A DNA stretch of 59,491 nucleotides, filler included, from Dimargaris cristalligena (GCA_003614675.1; 6 parts of 6 records of this genome joined end to end with filler, not necessarily neighbours in it), one strand, 5' to 3'. Counted from the first letter of the whole stretch, positions 1 through 10,385 are shown. Notes: generated by a model not told the origin, from the letters alone. Translations and numbers: made by a program.

Positions 1-96
1 AGGGGTAGGGGCTCATTCACTCATCAGGGGTGTACTTCTGATAAGTGCAAAAAATAGATAAAAAAATAAAGGTAGGTAAAAATGTGGTAAGTTTAC

Positions 97-290
97 CACA
101 CCCCCTTGTACTAGCTAGTAAGTGTGCTTACTGCACTTTCCTTGCATATACCTGTACTTATCCTTTATTGGTTAGTACTATGCCTCATCCTAATACTAGT
201 AGCCCACTTGGCTGAGTCTAAGCCCCACCTACCATTAGAATCCTATCCTCAGGACTCTTGATAGACTAAGAGTGGTTAACCCAGGGGACA
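97..290 (+). mobile_element. Solo-LTR family 1, copy A (3' fragment only)
   Basis: Aligns by eye to the last ~190 bp of the copies at 3786-4368, 4583-5142 and 20616-21201 (e.g. CTAAGCCCCACCTACCATTAGAA, CCTATCCTCAGGACTCTTGAT). Ends ...CCAGGGGACA at 290. No CpG. Confidence 0.8.
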
Positions 291-800
291 GACTTCATAG
301 CAAAAAACCCCTTAGAGTGCCCCATTTGTCACAAAAAATTCAAGTACCATTCCAAGTGTAAACAGCATTTCACAAAACACACTGGTGAGAAACCCTATAT
401 CTGTAATAAATGTAATGAGTCATTTCAATATAGTTCAAGGTTGTTTAAACATATAACATTGGAACACCCTCAGAGTACCCCTGCCAGTGCCAACAGTGGT
501 CAGGAATTAGGTAAACCATCTCATTATAATGTTGGCTTAAATTGGCACATTGTCGATTTGAAATCACATAAGGCCAAATTGAAATCGAAACTGAAATTAC
601 CCAAGCTTAAAAGACCCTTTGTCTGTAACATTTGCATTCAGATATTCTATCACCATGGAGACTTCCAATGCCATTTAAAAACTCACACCAAGGGGAAGCT
701 CTTTACTTGTCCTACATGCAAAAAATCATTCTCTTGCAGCTTTACCCTTAAGCGCCACACTAATACACTTCACCCACAAAACCCCATCACCATCGACTGA
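291..800 (+). pseudogene. C2H2 zinc-finger gene (4 fingers), 5'-truncated by LTR, probable pseudogene
   Basis: Open frame from 291 reads DFIAKNPLECPICHKKFKYHSKCKQHFTKHTGEKPYICNKCNESFQYSSRLFKHITLEH, then RPFVCNIC...HLKTH and FTCPTC...HTNTLH, with a canonical TGEKPY linker. No ATG; the frame abuts the LTR end at 290 and has an in-frame TAA at 267-269. Confidence 0.75.
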
Positions 801-2548
801 TATACCAATAAATTATATTTGTCACAATGATTGGTCACCCCTGTGCCACAGCCAAGAGTACATTGGTTTCCAAGGAGGGCTGAGTAAAGGTACTAATATG
901 AGACTTGGGTAGTAAGAAGAGGTAATTATTATAGAAGACTGGCAAAGTTCTGACAAAACTGTATAATATTTTGAATGAACTGGTCTGAGCGAAATAAGTG
1001 AAGTGAAACTTTTTTAATGAGTAAAATATATCTGGCCAAAGCTATATTGTCTCATACGGCTCTATCTTGAACCATTCATATGGATATACAGTGCTGGGTG
1101 GCTCCTCCATTACATCAGGTTTAGTAATCTGTGAAATAACCCTGCCTTCCATCTCAGACTGTTTTGACGCCGCAACGGAGGGTCCCCGGCTAACAGGTAT
1201 GGGGATGACAGGGGTCGCAGGTAGGCTGGATTTGGGGGAGCTGGAGCTCAACCTTTACAATAGCCGAGGGCGTAGGAAACAAGAGATCGTGATGTCCAAA
1301 GTGCTCAGAAAAATACTAGCAGAAATAATAAAGGATTTTCTTGAAAATGATATTCTGGAATTATGGCCTCCAATTGGTAGACGACTGCTGTGCTTCCTTC
1401 ACAGGATTATAGTGTCTCTTTTATACAAATTTGAGCACGAAATTAACCCTAAATATTTTACAGAATAGATACAAAGGAAATGTGATGATAAATGGATTCT
1501 TTGGGAATACATCAACGATAATAGAATTGTAGTGTTTTGAGAACAGTAATGATTTTATAAACAACACTGCCAGAATAGACGTTGACAGGATAAATGCAAG
1601 CTTCACATAAAACTCTTGGATTAGTAAGGTGTGGGATTAGATATAAACCGCCGAAAATCAATTATGGGGTTCCAGACGGCACCACAAATACATGGGCGTT
1701 AATGACTGTTAGAGTTGCATCGCGGTTGGGCGTGGTTGGAATAGATGGATAAGATGGAGAGGGTAGATGAACAAGATGGAGAGAGTAGATGATGCAGAAG
1801 GAGGAGAGGCAGTGTGGGCTGATCTATACTTAAACTACATCCTTTGTTAAGCAGAATAATGATTGATTGATCAAGATGAATGTAAATCAACAGGGTTATC
1901 CCACCGGCTCTTTTTTTGACCGGAAGACCACCAGAATTGAACTAATTCGAAAGTAGATGGGAGATATAATTGATGGATTATGAAGAAGGGGGAGAGGGGG
2001 AATATAGTAGGTACCCTGGCCACGAGGCATAGCCAAATGAGAAACGCGAGAGAAACCAATTGGTATTCAGTCCACCGATCTCTTTGATAAGCAGCAACTC
2101 CATTTACTTTACAGTGACTTGGCCCCAATCTTGAATTCTAATCCCCATTATACCACGGAGATCGAGGCATGCTCAGTGGCTAATATTATAAGCGGCTTTC
2201 GTCGGCTGCCTGCGGGGGTTGGACCGTATTTGCCATCCGCAAGGCAGTTCGACTAGAAATAAGGGGAAGGTGAGGAAGGGCGTATGGGCCGACTCCCTCG
2301 ATTCTGCCCAACAATGAGCTGGCTGATTATCACCATAGTATCAATCCCTTTGATATACTACAAGGGCGGAGGCAATAGGAAGACGGGAAGCTGTTGGCGG
2401 TTATTGGGCAACTGGTCATTTACGGTACATCGGGAGGAGTCCCCCGAGACTGTAAGTATGACCCTCTGTGGCACAAGTAGGTTAACATTGCAAAGGAACA
2501 GCAGAGGACCTACCCAGTTCCATCTGGCACTAGGAGGCCGGACAGCCG

Positions 2549-2576
2549 TATAAATACCCCAGACCGCGCCTCATTT
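2549..2576 (+). promoter_or_regulatory. TATA box plus downstream GCCTCATTT element
   Basis: TATAAATA 2549-2556 and GCCTCATTT 2568-2576, followed by a pyrimidine-rich leader; 183 bp upstream of ATG 2732. Confidence 0.55.
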
Positions 2577-2731
2577 CTAATCATCATCCACATTCTTTAC
2601 ACATCACTTGATCTGCACAATTATTACCACATACCGCTATTACCCTGCATTGAGAAATTTTTAGCTCTTCTACCCCGCGTTTTCATTTCATTTCAATTTT
2701 ATTATCCCTCTTTTCCTCCACTACCCCTAAC

Positions 2732-3424
2732 ATGGTTAATTTTAACCAACTGCTTATCCTCATCACCCTAATTGGCACCATCCTTGTGGCCGCTACGCCC
2801 ACACCCCAGCCTCATCCTGCTGTCAGGCAATCATTGGCAAAGGTGGACAAGGGCATCACAGCCAAAGTTCGTGCATCAGCCAGTAAAGTCACCAAAACCG
2901 TAAAGAACAAAATCAGTAACACAGTCTCCGCCATAAAAACTTCAATGATTAATCACAGAAACCGCAAAAACACGAAGGAATTCACCACTCCACCCACATC
3001 TCTCTCGACAAAGGATGAGCTAGCGGCTTCCCAGAATAAAAAACCAGTCGCAACACCCAAGAGACAAGATAGTGTTACACCCAAGCCCCCGAAGAGGACT
3101 GGCACTGCTGCAAGCGCAATCCCACTGAACGAACATGGCGCCAAACCATCTATGCCGGTGAAAAATGACGCAGCCGTAACGAAGGTAAATAAACCTGCAG
3201 TGACTATGGCAGGAAGGGCTGGTCAATTCGCCACTAACACGGTAGGAAAAGTCGGTCAGGCCGCCATGGGTATGGTAAATGCGGGCAGGAATGCCGCAAA
3301 TAATGCCTACAAAGTGGGCGCCGGAGCCGCAAATTCTGTTAAGAACGTGGTTGGTGGTGCCGCAAATTCTGTTAAGAACGCAGTTGGTGGTGCTGTAAAT
3401 GTGGTTAGGAGCAAATTGTGGTAA
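2732..3424 (+). CDS. Secreted, Lys/Ala/Thr-rich orphan protein with 11-residue amphipathic repeats (230 aa)
   Basis: ATG followed by hydrophobic signal peptide (QLLILITLIGTILVAA), upstream TATA box, intact ORF, 33-bp tandem repeat encoding AANSVKN(V/A)VGG. Confidence 0.8.
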   Translation: MVNFNQLLILITLIGTILVAATPTPQPHPAVRQSLAKVDKGITAKVRASASKVTKTVKNKISNTVSAIKTSMINHRNRKNTKEFTTPPTSLSTKDELAASQNKKPVATPKRQDSVTPKPPKRTGTAASAIPLNEHGAKPSMPVKNDAAVTKVNKPAVTMAGRAGQFATNTVGKVGQAAMGMVNAGRNAANNAYKVGAGAANSVKNVVGGAANSVKNAVGGAVNVVRSKLW

Positions 3425-3785
3425 AACCGCCGACCCCATAAAGAGAAGGTCCCAGGAATCCCTTATTTCTTGACAGCAGCTCGACCAATCTAGCAATGAC
3501 CATTTCGCGGGTATTCATTTAATAAGCCGTGCTAGGGGTCAGTATACTCCAATGCATCTACTGTGTCTATTTTCCAGCTTTATTATATTCTGCTTCTTAA
3601 TATACCCGTCTCATTAGAATGCATCTAATCATAGGCATCTTATATATTTATGTATCCCTGTGAGTCCGCAATTCATCACTTGAACCTTAGAATCACTCAT
3701 GTCTGTTCCCACCTGGTGACTGCTTTACCAATAAATTGACCTATATGTATTAAAAGATAGTCAATTTTTTTGTTTATGGGTTATG

Positions 3786-4368
3786 TGTTACCTAGGTCAA
3801 CCACCCTTAGTCCATCAAGAGTCCTGAGGATAGGCTTCTAATGATAGGTGGGGCTTAGACTCAGCCAAATGGGCTACTAGCATCAGGTACAGGTGTGGTA
3901 CTAACTAATAAAGGTGAAGTGTAGGATATAGGCAAGGGATGTGCAGTGGGCATACTTACTAGTTAGTACAAGGGGGAGTGAGCATATATAGAGTTTATTG
4001 GGGTAAATTAGGGGGTAAGAATAAGCTAAGGAATCTAACCAGCACTAATGGGGCCTGGTTATATATACACAGGGACAACTCTAGAGGGAGATCCCAAGGA
4101 AAGGATACTACTAAGACTAAGGTATAGATAAATGGGCTGACTGGATAGTCACAGGTATACAGAAGACTGAAGGTAACTGGAAGAGTCTTTTGATCAGCAC
4201 TTGAGTAGTTAGTGTAAAAAAGCAGAGTCTGAAAGGGGAAGGGTTATATGATAGATGATAATCCCACAGCACTGAGGGTGACTATGGGAAGGTTAATATA
4301 GTGCTATAAGGCCTAATATGGTCAGATGCCTAAGCTGGAAGGATTAAGATGGATTAGATGGTCTGACA
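3786..4368 (-). mobile_element. Solo-LTR family 1, copy B (full length, 583 bp)
   Basis: On the minus strand begins TGTCAGACCATCTAATCC and ends ...CCTAGGTAACA (TG...CA). Contains a TATATATAA box and AATAAA. Homologous over its length to 4583-5142 and 20616-21201. No clear target-site duplication. Confidence 0.8.
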
Positions 4369-4582
4369 TAGAGCTTAACCTAGTTAATATTTTTTCCCTA
4401 CTTATCTTTATATCTTCAGTTATATCTCACTTTTTCTCCTGCCCTACCCAACCTACTCAGTTTTAATATAATTTACAATACCATATAGCTAGGTTAAAGT
4501 TTACCCATATACTTAGAATGACTGTGATTAGTAGGGTTCTTCACAATCAAGACATGCTATTTTATTACTTTTTGTAGTAATG

Positions 4583-5142
4583 TGTTAGACCATCTAATCC
4601 TCCTTAATCTAGATACCTTAGTATCCATCCTTATTAGGCCTTATAGCACTATATTAACCTTCCTATGGTCACCCCTGGTACTATAGGATCATCCTATATT
4701 GTATAACCCTTCCCCTTTTGGACTCCACCCTTTTGCACTAACTACTCAAGTACTAATCCAAAGTCTCTTCCAGTTACCCTCAGAGTCTTCTGGATACTTA
4801 TAGCCATCTGGTTGGCCTAATTATCTATTGTATAGTCTTAGTAGTATTATCCCCTTGGGACCTCCCTCTGGAGTTGTCCCCATATATATTTAACTAGGCC
4901 CCATTAGGACTGGTTAGACTCCTTTGCTTATTCTTACCCCTCAGTTTACCCCAATAAACTCTATATATGCTCACTCCCCTTTGTACCAACTAGTAAGTGT
5001 ACCCACTGCATGTCCCTTGCACATCATCATATTTAGCTTTTATTAGTTAGTACCCATGCCCCATACCTGATGCTAGTAGCCTGCTTGGCTGAGCCCAAGC
5101 CTCACCTACTATTAGAAGCCTATCCTCAGGACTCTTAATGGA
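4583..5142 (+). mobile_element. Solo-LTR family 1, copy C (lacks the last ~25 bp)
   Basis: Starts TGTTAGACCATCTAATCC; reverse-complement homologue of 3786-4368; similarity stops after GGACTCTTAATGGA. Confidence 0.8.
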
Positions 5143-6950
5143 TGTAGAAAATGAATTACTAAAACCTTATATTATGTTTAGTACCAGTTGCCTCTTCCAT
5201 AGCCTCAGATAGGTTAATATATTCTACCTTAGCAGTAGATGTAATTACCAATGGTTGTTTCTTAGGTAGATAAGATACAAGACCACCAGGTAGGAGAACT
5301 AGATAGCTACTAGTTGATTTTATATTAATAATATCATTGAAAGAATCACTATTACAGAAGCCAGTTAAACCTGCATTGTTTTCCGTGAAAGGAATTGTAT
5401 GACCTTAGGTATCCCTGAGGGTGTAACATGAAATTATGATGGCAGTAAGCCAGTGAGGAATAGTAAGCTTAGTATTAGAAGAACTGGTTTTGTAGGCAGG
5501 TTGTTTAATATTAGGTCTAGTACAGTTATACAAATATGGTGGAAATTTTAATTATCTTTAGCAGTGCACTGTCATTGAGAGAGTCAGTGGCTTTAAAATG
5601 CCTATTGGGTTACCAACTTTTATATTTATCAGCAATAAGGACCTTGATTCCGTTAGATTGATGTATTTTCTTAGAACCAAAGCCAGCTGGGATGGCTTGT
5701 TTTGGTAAAGGTTTACATATAGCTAACATATTTTCTATAAAATGAATATATATATATAAAGTTTATCATTGGGATATCCTGAATAAATTAATACTCTAGC
5801 CAGTGTGCTTATAAGCCTATTGGCTACTTGCTGTCCTCAAACAGTCCGTCATTGGATGACCATCAACCATTTCTCTTTCCGCATATGGGCCTCTGCATCG
5901 TGTTCTTCAAATGTAGGCCAGAGCAACCCCGCCGACACACCCTTCAATACAAAGATAATAGTTGCTTAGTTGTAGAAATTGATTCGTGAGCATACATTCG
6001 GATTAAATCTCGGAATTGATAGGAATCACATAAACCATGTCCCGATGATGAAAGCAGGGGTGCGTAATATAGGTCAAGGCGAACTTTATCAGCTCATGAT
6101 AACTGGACCTAACCAGTTTACTTGTATGGCTGATGAATAATCTTTCGTTTACTGCCCGCGGACCTTCTCCCCAGGGACTGGAGGAATGACATGGGTGAAA
6201 TTCGGCCCAGCTGTATAAGGTTTTAAATAATAAGCGTATGGGATAATGTATGGGAGATTTATTTTTAACCAGTAATATTTGCTTCATCTAATGGATTTTT
6301 CGTTATACAGCTCGGTTGAACCTCTCCCACATTGAGTTTGAGTTTGTCGTAATAATGGTGTGATCAAGGGTGGTTTTGGTACAATATATCGACCGATACG
6401 TTAAGGGATGCAACCCTTCCATACCAATGGACAGTGTGATATGCTGACAAACGCAATTGGGCAAGGATATCCTCAATTAGTAATCCATGGTGGATTAAAT
6501 TAATACACCGGCTCAAATTATTCCCACATTATATGGTCTACCAACTGTGACAGTTGTGAATATCTTGGGTGAAGACAGCTCTCTGGCTAAGCCGGCTTAG
6601 TGTATTTCGCTTTCTATAAAAGCCCCGCCCAAGTCACCTCCTTCTGTCCCAAACTATCCTACTAGCTTATTCAGCCATTGCCCAACTCTGCATATATTTG
6701 ACCCCCGTTTTATAGAACCTCAAACAGTGACTGTGGGCAGTTTCTTTCCTACCTTCTTTCTACCTTCCCTGTTCACCATTCGACAGCCTCTGAGAAGCTT
6801 TAAGTAGTCCCACTTGGTCTCCTCTTGCCACAATACTTCAGTGCCTGCCACTCCGCTCCAAGAAAGTATTACCTCCCTCATTCCCGTTCTCAACACCAGC
6901 TCTCCCTCTTTCTCTCTTGTTATTTTTTAGAACTCGTACCGTCTCTGACC

Positions 6951-8508
6951 ATGCCTCTAGCCAACACTGCCGAATCCACAGGGAAGTCTGAGGTTGGTGT
7001 TGGTGCCCCAGCGCCTCATAGCCATAATGTCCAAGCTGCGACCGCTGACCCTCGTACATACGTCCAACTTCAGAACCCACCCTCAGGAACTGCCATTAAG
7101 CCTACCCAGGGCGCAATTGACCAGGGCTTTGCTGTCATGGGCAAGGACGGCGATAACCTGCCCAAGCTCTTTACCCCTCTCCAATTAGGTGGGCTCACTC
7201 TGCGCAATCGTATCATGGTATCACCAATGTAAGTTCTGCTATACGTGGACTCTATTAAAGCTCGCCTGGAGGTTATATTGCTTCAGCTCGGTGCCACCAT
7301 TTGACTATCAGGGACCACACCATTACTGGAGACTCTGGAACCCTGAACAATATGGCAAGTACTCGTCAGTTGAAATCCCACCTTCAATGATTTTAATAAG
7401 CTAACTATTATTTTGGATCCATGCTCCCGCTTTCTATTATGCCTATAGGTGCCAATATTCCTGCGAGGATGGCTTTGTCACTGACTGGCACCTTGTTCAT
7501 CTAGGTGGCTTTGCTGTTCGCGGCCCTAGCTTGATCATGACTGAGGCAACTGCTGTTCTTCCCAATGGCCGTATCAGTCCCTACTGCGCCGGTCTTTGGA
7601 AAGATGAGCATATTGTCCCTTGGCAGCGCATTGTCCAGTTCGCTCACTCACAAGGTACTCCCATGGGCATCCAACTAGCGCACGCCGGTCGAAAGGCTTC
7701 CACTTTCCCCATTTTCTTCCCGGATGCCCGGGAAGCTGCCCAACCTCAACAAGGGGGTTGGACCGACGGAACCGGTAGTAGTGATGATACAGTGTGGGGA
7801 CCCTCGGATGATCCCTGGGGACCGGAGGGATACCCCCAGCCCCATACTATGACCTTAAACCAGATCCAGGAAGTCAAGCGGGCCTTCCGGGATGCTGCAG
7901 TGCGGGCCGATAAGGCCGGTTTTGACCTGATTGAGATCCATGCAGCCCACGGATATTTGCTCAATTCGTTCCTATCCCCACTTTCCAACCACCGCACCGA
8001 CCAATACGGGGGTAGTTTTGAAAACCGTATTCGTCTGCTGCTGGAAACGATCGAGGAAGTACGGTCTGTGTGGTCCAATGAGAAACCCTTGTTGGTGCGT
8101 GTGTCCGCCACCGACTGGGTGGAAGGTGAGGGCTGGGATAGCAAGCAAACCGTTCAACTGGCCCAACACTTGGCTGAAATCGATTCCGTGGACCTACTCG
8201 ACATTTCCACTGGTGGTAATTCCTCGCGCCAGAAAATCCCTGCTGCACCCCTCTTCCAGGTCCCCTTTTCGGCCCAGGTCAAAAAAACGGTGCCCACTTC
8301 CAAACTACTGACCGGTACTGTAGGTCTTATTACCAAGGGCCAGGAGGCGGAGGACATTCTGCAGAAGGAAGAGGCGGATTTAATCATCCTGGCCCGGCCG
8401 TTCCTGCGGGACCCCGGCTGGGTCTTGAAGGCCGCCCAGGAATTGGGAGTGTACGTTAAGTGGCCCCAGCAATACGAGCGGGCCCGTCCCAAGCTCCACC
8501 GTCTGTAA
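6951..8508 (+). CDS. NADH:flavin oxidoreductase / Old Yellow Enzyme, YqjM/NamA-like; exons 6951-7228 and 7449-8508
   Basis: Motifs KLFTPLQLGGLTLRNRIMVSPM|CQYS, GIQLAHAGRKAS, IEIHAAHGYLLNSFLSPLSNHRTDQYGGSFENR, LARPFLRDP. Intron GTAAGT 7229 ... GCTAAC ... TAG 7448 restores SPMCQYS. Confidence 0.93.
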
Positions 8509-9640
8509 TATTTGGCTTCTACTCAATTTACAAGTTTTACCCTGGTTTTTTTTTACACAGGCCGATCTTTTTGGAAACTGAATAATATATGAGCGATATA
8601 TAAATATTATCTAGATGCCAATCTAGCACCTATCCCTGGTTAAAATTGGCAATATATAATATTCGGTAGTTTTATCCTCTTATTATCGCTAAGGAATGCG
8701 GTAATAAATATGGGTGTGATGATACAAAACATTGCCCTTTAAACTAATTCAGTACCTCGTTGAACTGGAGTTACTCACATATTAGGCCGAGCTCCACTCT
8801 AAACTACCCCCCTAGAGTTGATCAAGCTGCTAGTTATTAAATAGTGGCGAACATAAATATGTGTCAAATACAGCAAAAAATACGAGCACCTCACATCATA
8901 CTGCTGTTCCTGCAATTAAAGGAGTGTAGGTAATACATATCTCCAGTCGCATGGTTTCCTGTGTAGACGGGCAATATGGATGGCACTGTTTTCTTATAAA
9001 AACATCTAATCGCCAATGTGCACCAGAGAAAATAGTGACAGGAAATCACATCGCTGTACGTTCCTGCAAGAATCGCTCGCCCATTCAACAAACCAATGCG
9101 ATAGGCAAATAGTACGATAATTATGTCGTGGTTCGCTAAATAATAGTAAAAATAGGAAAATCTAGGAAAATAGATGCCTTTGAAAATAAGTTGCAAGAAA
9201 AAATCGGTTGTGGTATATCTACCGCCTTGATTTAAAATGCCTTCAATTAGTCTAAGAATGTGAAAACGCAATGCTCGTCCAATTAAGGGGTAATGTGAAA
9301 CCTCCTGGGGGTTGCAAATATTTATCGTATTAGTTAAACATCATAATATATGGCTGTTGTGATATAGCCAAATGGCTATAGTAGTATTTGACATTGTCCT
9401 ATTTATTTTTACTCTTTTAATTGAAAACCACCATCCATATTTAGGTGATTAGTCAAAGAATTGGCACTGCTAGCCTAAGTTTTCCCTTTTTATAGATGTT
9501 ATTATCATACAACGTTTATATATTTATTGTTGATTGGATCATTTCCCCGAGTATTACATTTATACCCTTGTTGTACTCTTTCAACAAGTATTAGCTATTC
9601 CCTTAAACCTATTATAAGTTCATTTATATCTTTTATATCT

Positions 9641-9877
9641 TTGTTTTGGTTATACCAACGGGTATAACTTTAGCCCTAACCAATTATTAGTTTGAGTATC
9701 TTTTTAATGCTGCTGTTTTTGTTATACCAATGGGTATAATTATTTTCATCTATCCAATTATTATTTTGAAGATCCCTTTGTCACTATTGTTTTGATAATA
9801 CCAACAAATGGTTTACCATATATAACCAATGATATAATTCAAAGACCCTTGTCTTTCCTTTTGTTTTGGTTATACAT
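9641..9877. repeat. Degenerate tandem array, period 72-74 bp, each unit starting TGTTTT(G/T)GTTATACC with a hairpin; runs off the contig end
   Basis: GTTATACC-AACG-GGTATAAC at 9649-9668; GTTATACC-AATG-GGTATAAT at 9721-9740; degenerate unit near 9794-9817; truncated unit at 9861-9877. Confidence 0.65.
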
Positions 9878-9977
9878 NNNNNNNNNNNNNNNNNNNNNNN
9901 NNNNNNNNNNNNNNNNNNNNNTTAATTAATTAANNNNNNNNNNNNNNNNNNNNNNNNNNNNNNNNNNNNNNNNNNNN
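9878..9977. other. Artificial contig linker
   Basis: 44 N + TTAATTAATTAA (stops in all six frames) + 44 N. Confidence 0.98.
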
Positions 9978-10083
9978 ATGTACCGGTTTGCACCGTATCC
10001 CGTTAGATCTGCGAAGTTAAGTTGGTATCAGCTAATTTAGTACTAAGGTGGGTGACCACTTGGGAATAGTTAGTGCTATAACT
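9978..10083 (+). rRNA. 5S rRNA gene, 5' end (~12 nt) cut off by the contig start
   Basis: Conserved 5S motifs GCACCGTATCCCGT-AGATCTGCGAAGTTAAG and TTAGTACTAAGGTGGGTGACCACTTGGGAATAGTTAGTGCT. Helices pair (TACCGG/TTGGTA; AAGGTGG-GTGA-CCACTT). Followed by a T5 run. Confidence 0.9.
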
Positions 10084-10087
10084 TTTT
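10083..10087 (+). terminator. RNA polymerase III oligo-T terminator of the 5S gene
   Basis: TTTTT immediately after the 5S 3' end (...GTGCTATAAC). Confidence 0.7.
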
Positions 10088-10385
10088 GGCGCTTCCGCCC
10101 CTCATTCTTCCGTTTCCGTGGCCTCGAAGCCCCTTGGGCGGTGAAGCGAAGGGCCGCCAACCACTAACGCGGGGGTAAGTCTTCCCTTTCTATTATCGCC
10201 TAACTAGCTTAAACCTCCATTTCCAAATTTCTACTATTGAATCGCCTCTATATTCGTGTTTTCTCCATGGCCCATTCGTTTACTTTTACTATTTCTTGAT
10301 TCAACCATTCTTTACTTTTTCTTTCTTTCTCTCTCGCCCATTTCAATTACATTTACGCGTTTTCTGAGAGTACACCTTATCCACC

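Noticed and set aside
83-114. Helitron 3' end (hairpin followed 10 nt later by CTAG)
   Set aside because: The CCCCTTGTACTA segment is part of the LTR in the other copies, so the CTAG is not an independent terminus.
1042-1690. Possible decayed secreted-protein gene on the minus strand (GTG-KLAFILSTSILAVLF; SSSSPKSSLPATP frame)
   Set aside because: Frames are short, discontinuous and lack a usable ATG; no recognisable family.
5200-6290. Possible NRPS adenylation-domain relic on the minus strand (GIPK and YVIPI fragments)
   Set aside because: Motifs are weak, spacing is wrong and frames are full of stops; would need TBLASTN support.
9641-9877. CRISPR array interpretation of the hairpin repeats
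   Set aside because: Eukaryotic context, no cas genes, degenerate repeats and mutually similar spacers.
9922-9933. TTAATTAATTAA palindrome recurring every ~10 kb between N runs
   Set aside because: Identical 100-bp artificial linker between concatenated contigs. It is not biological, and gene adjacency across linkers is meaningless.
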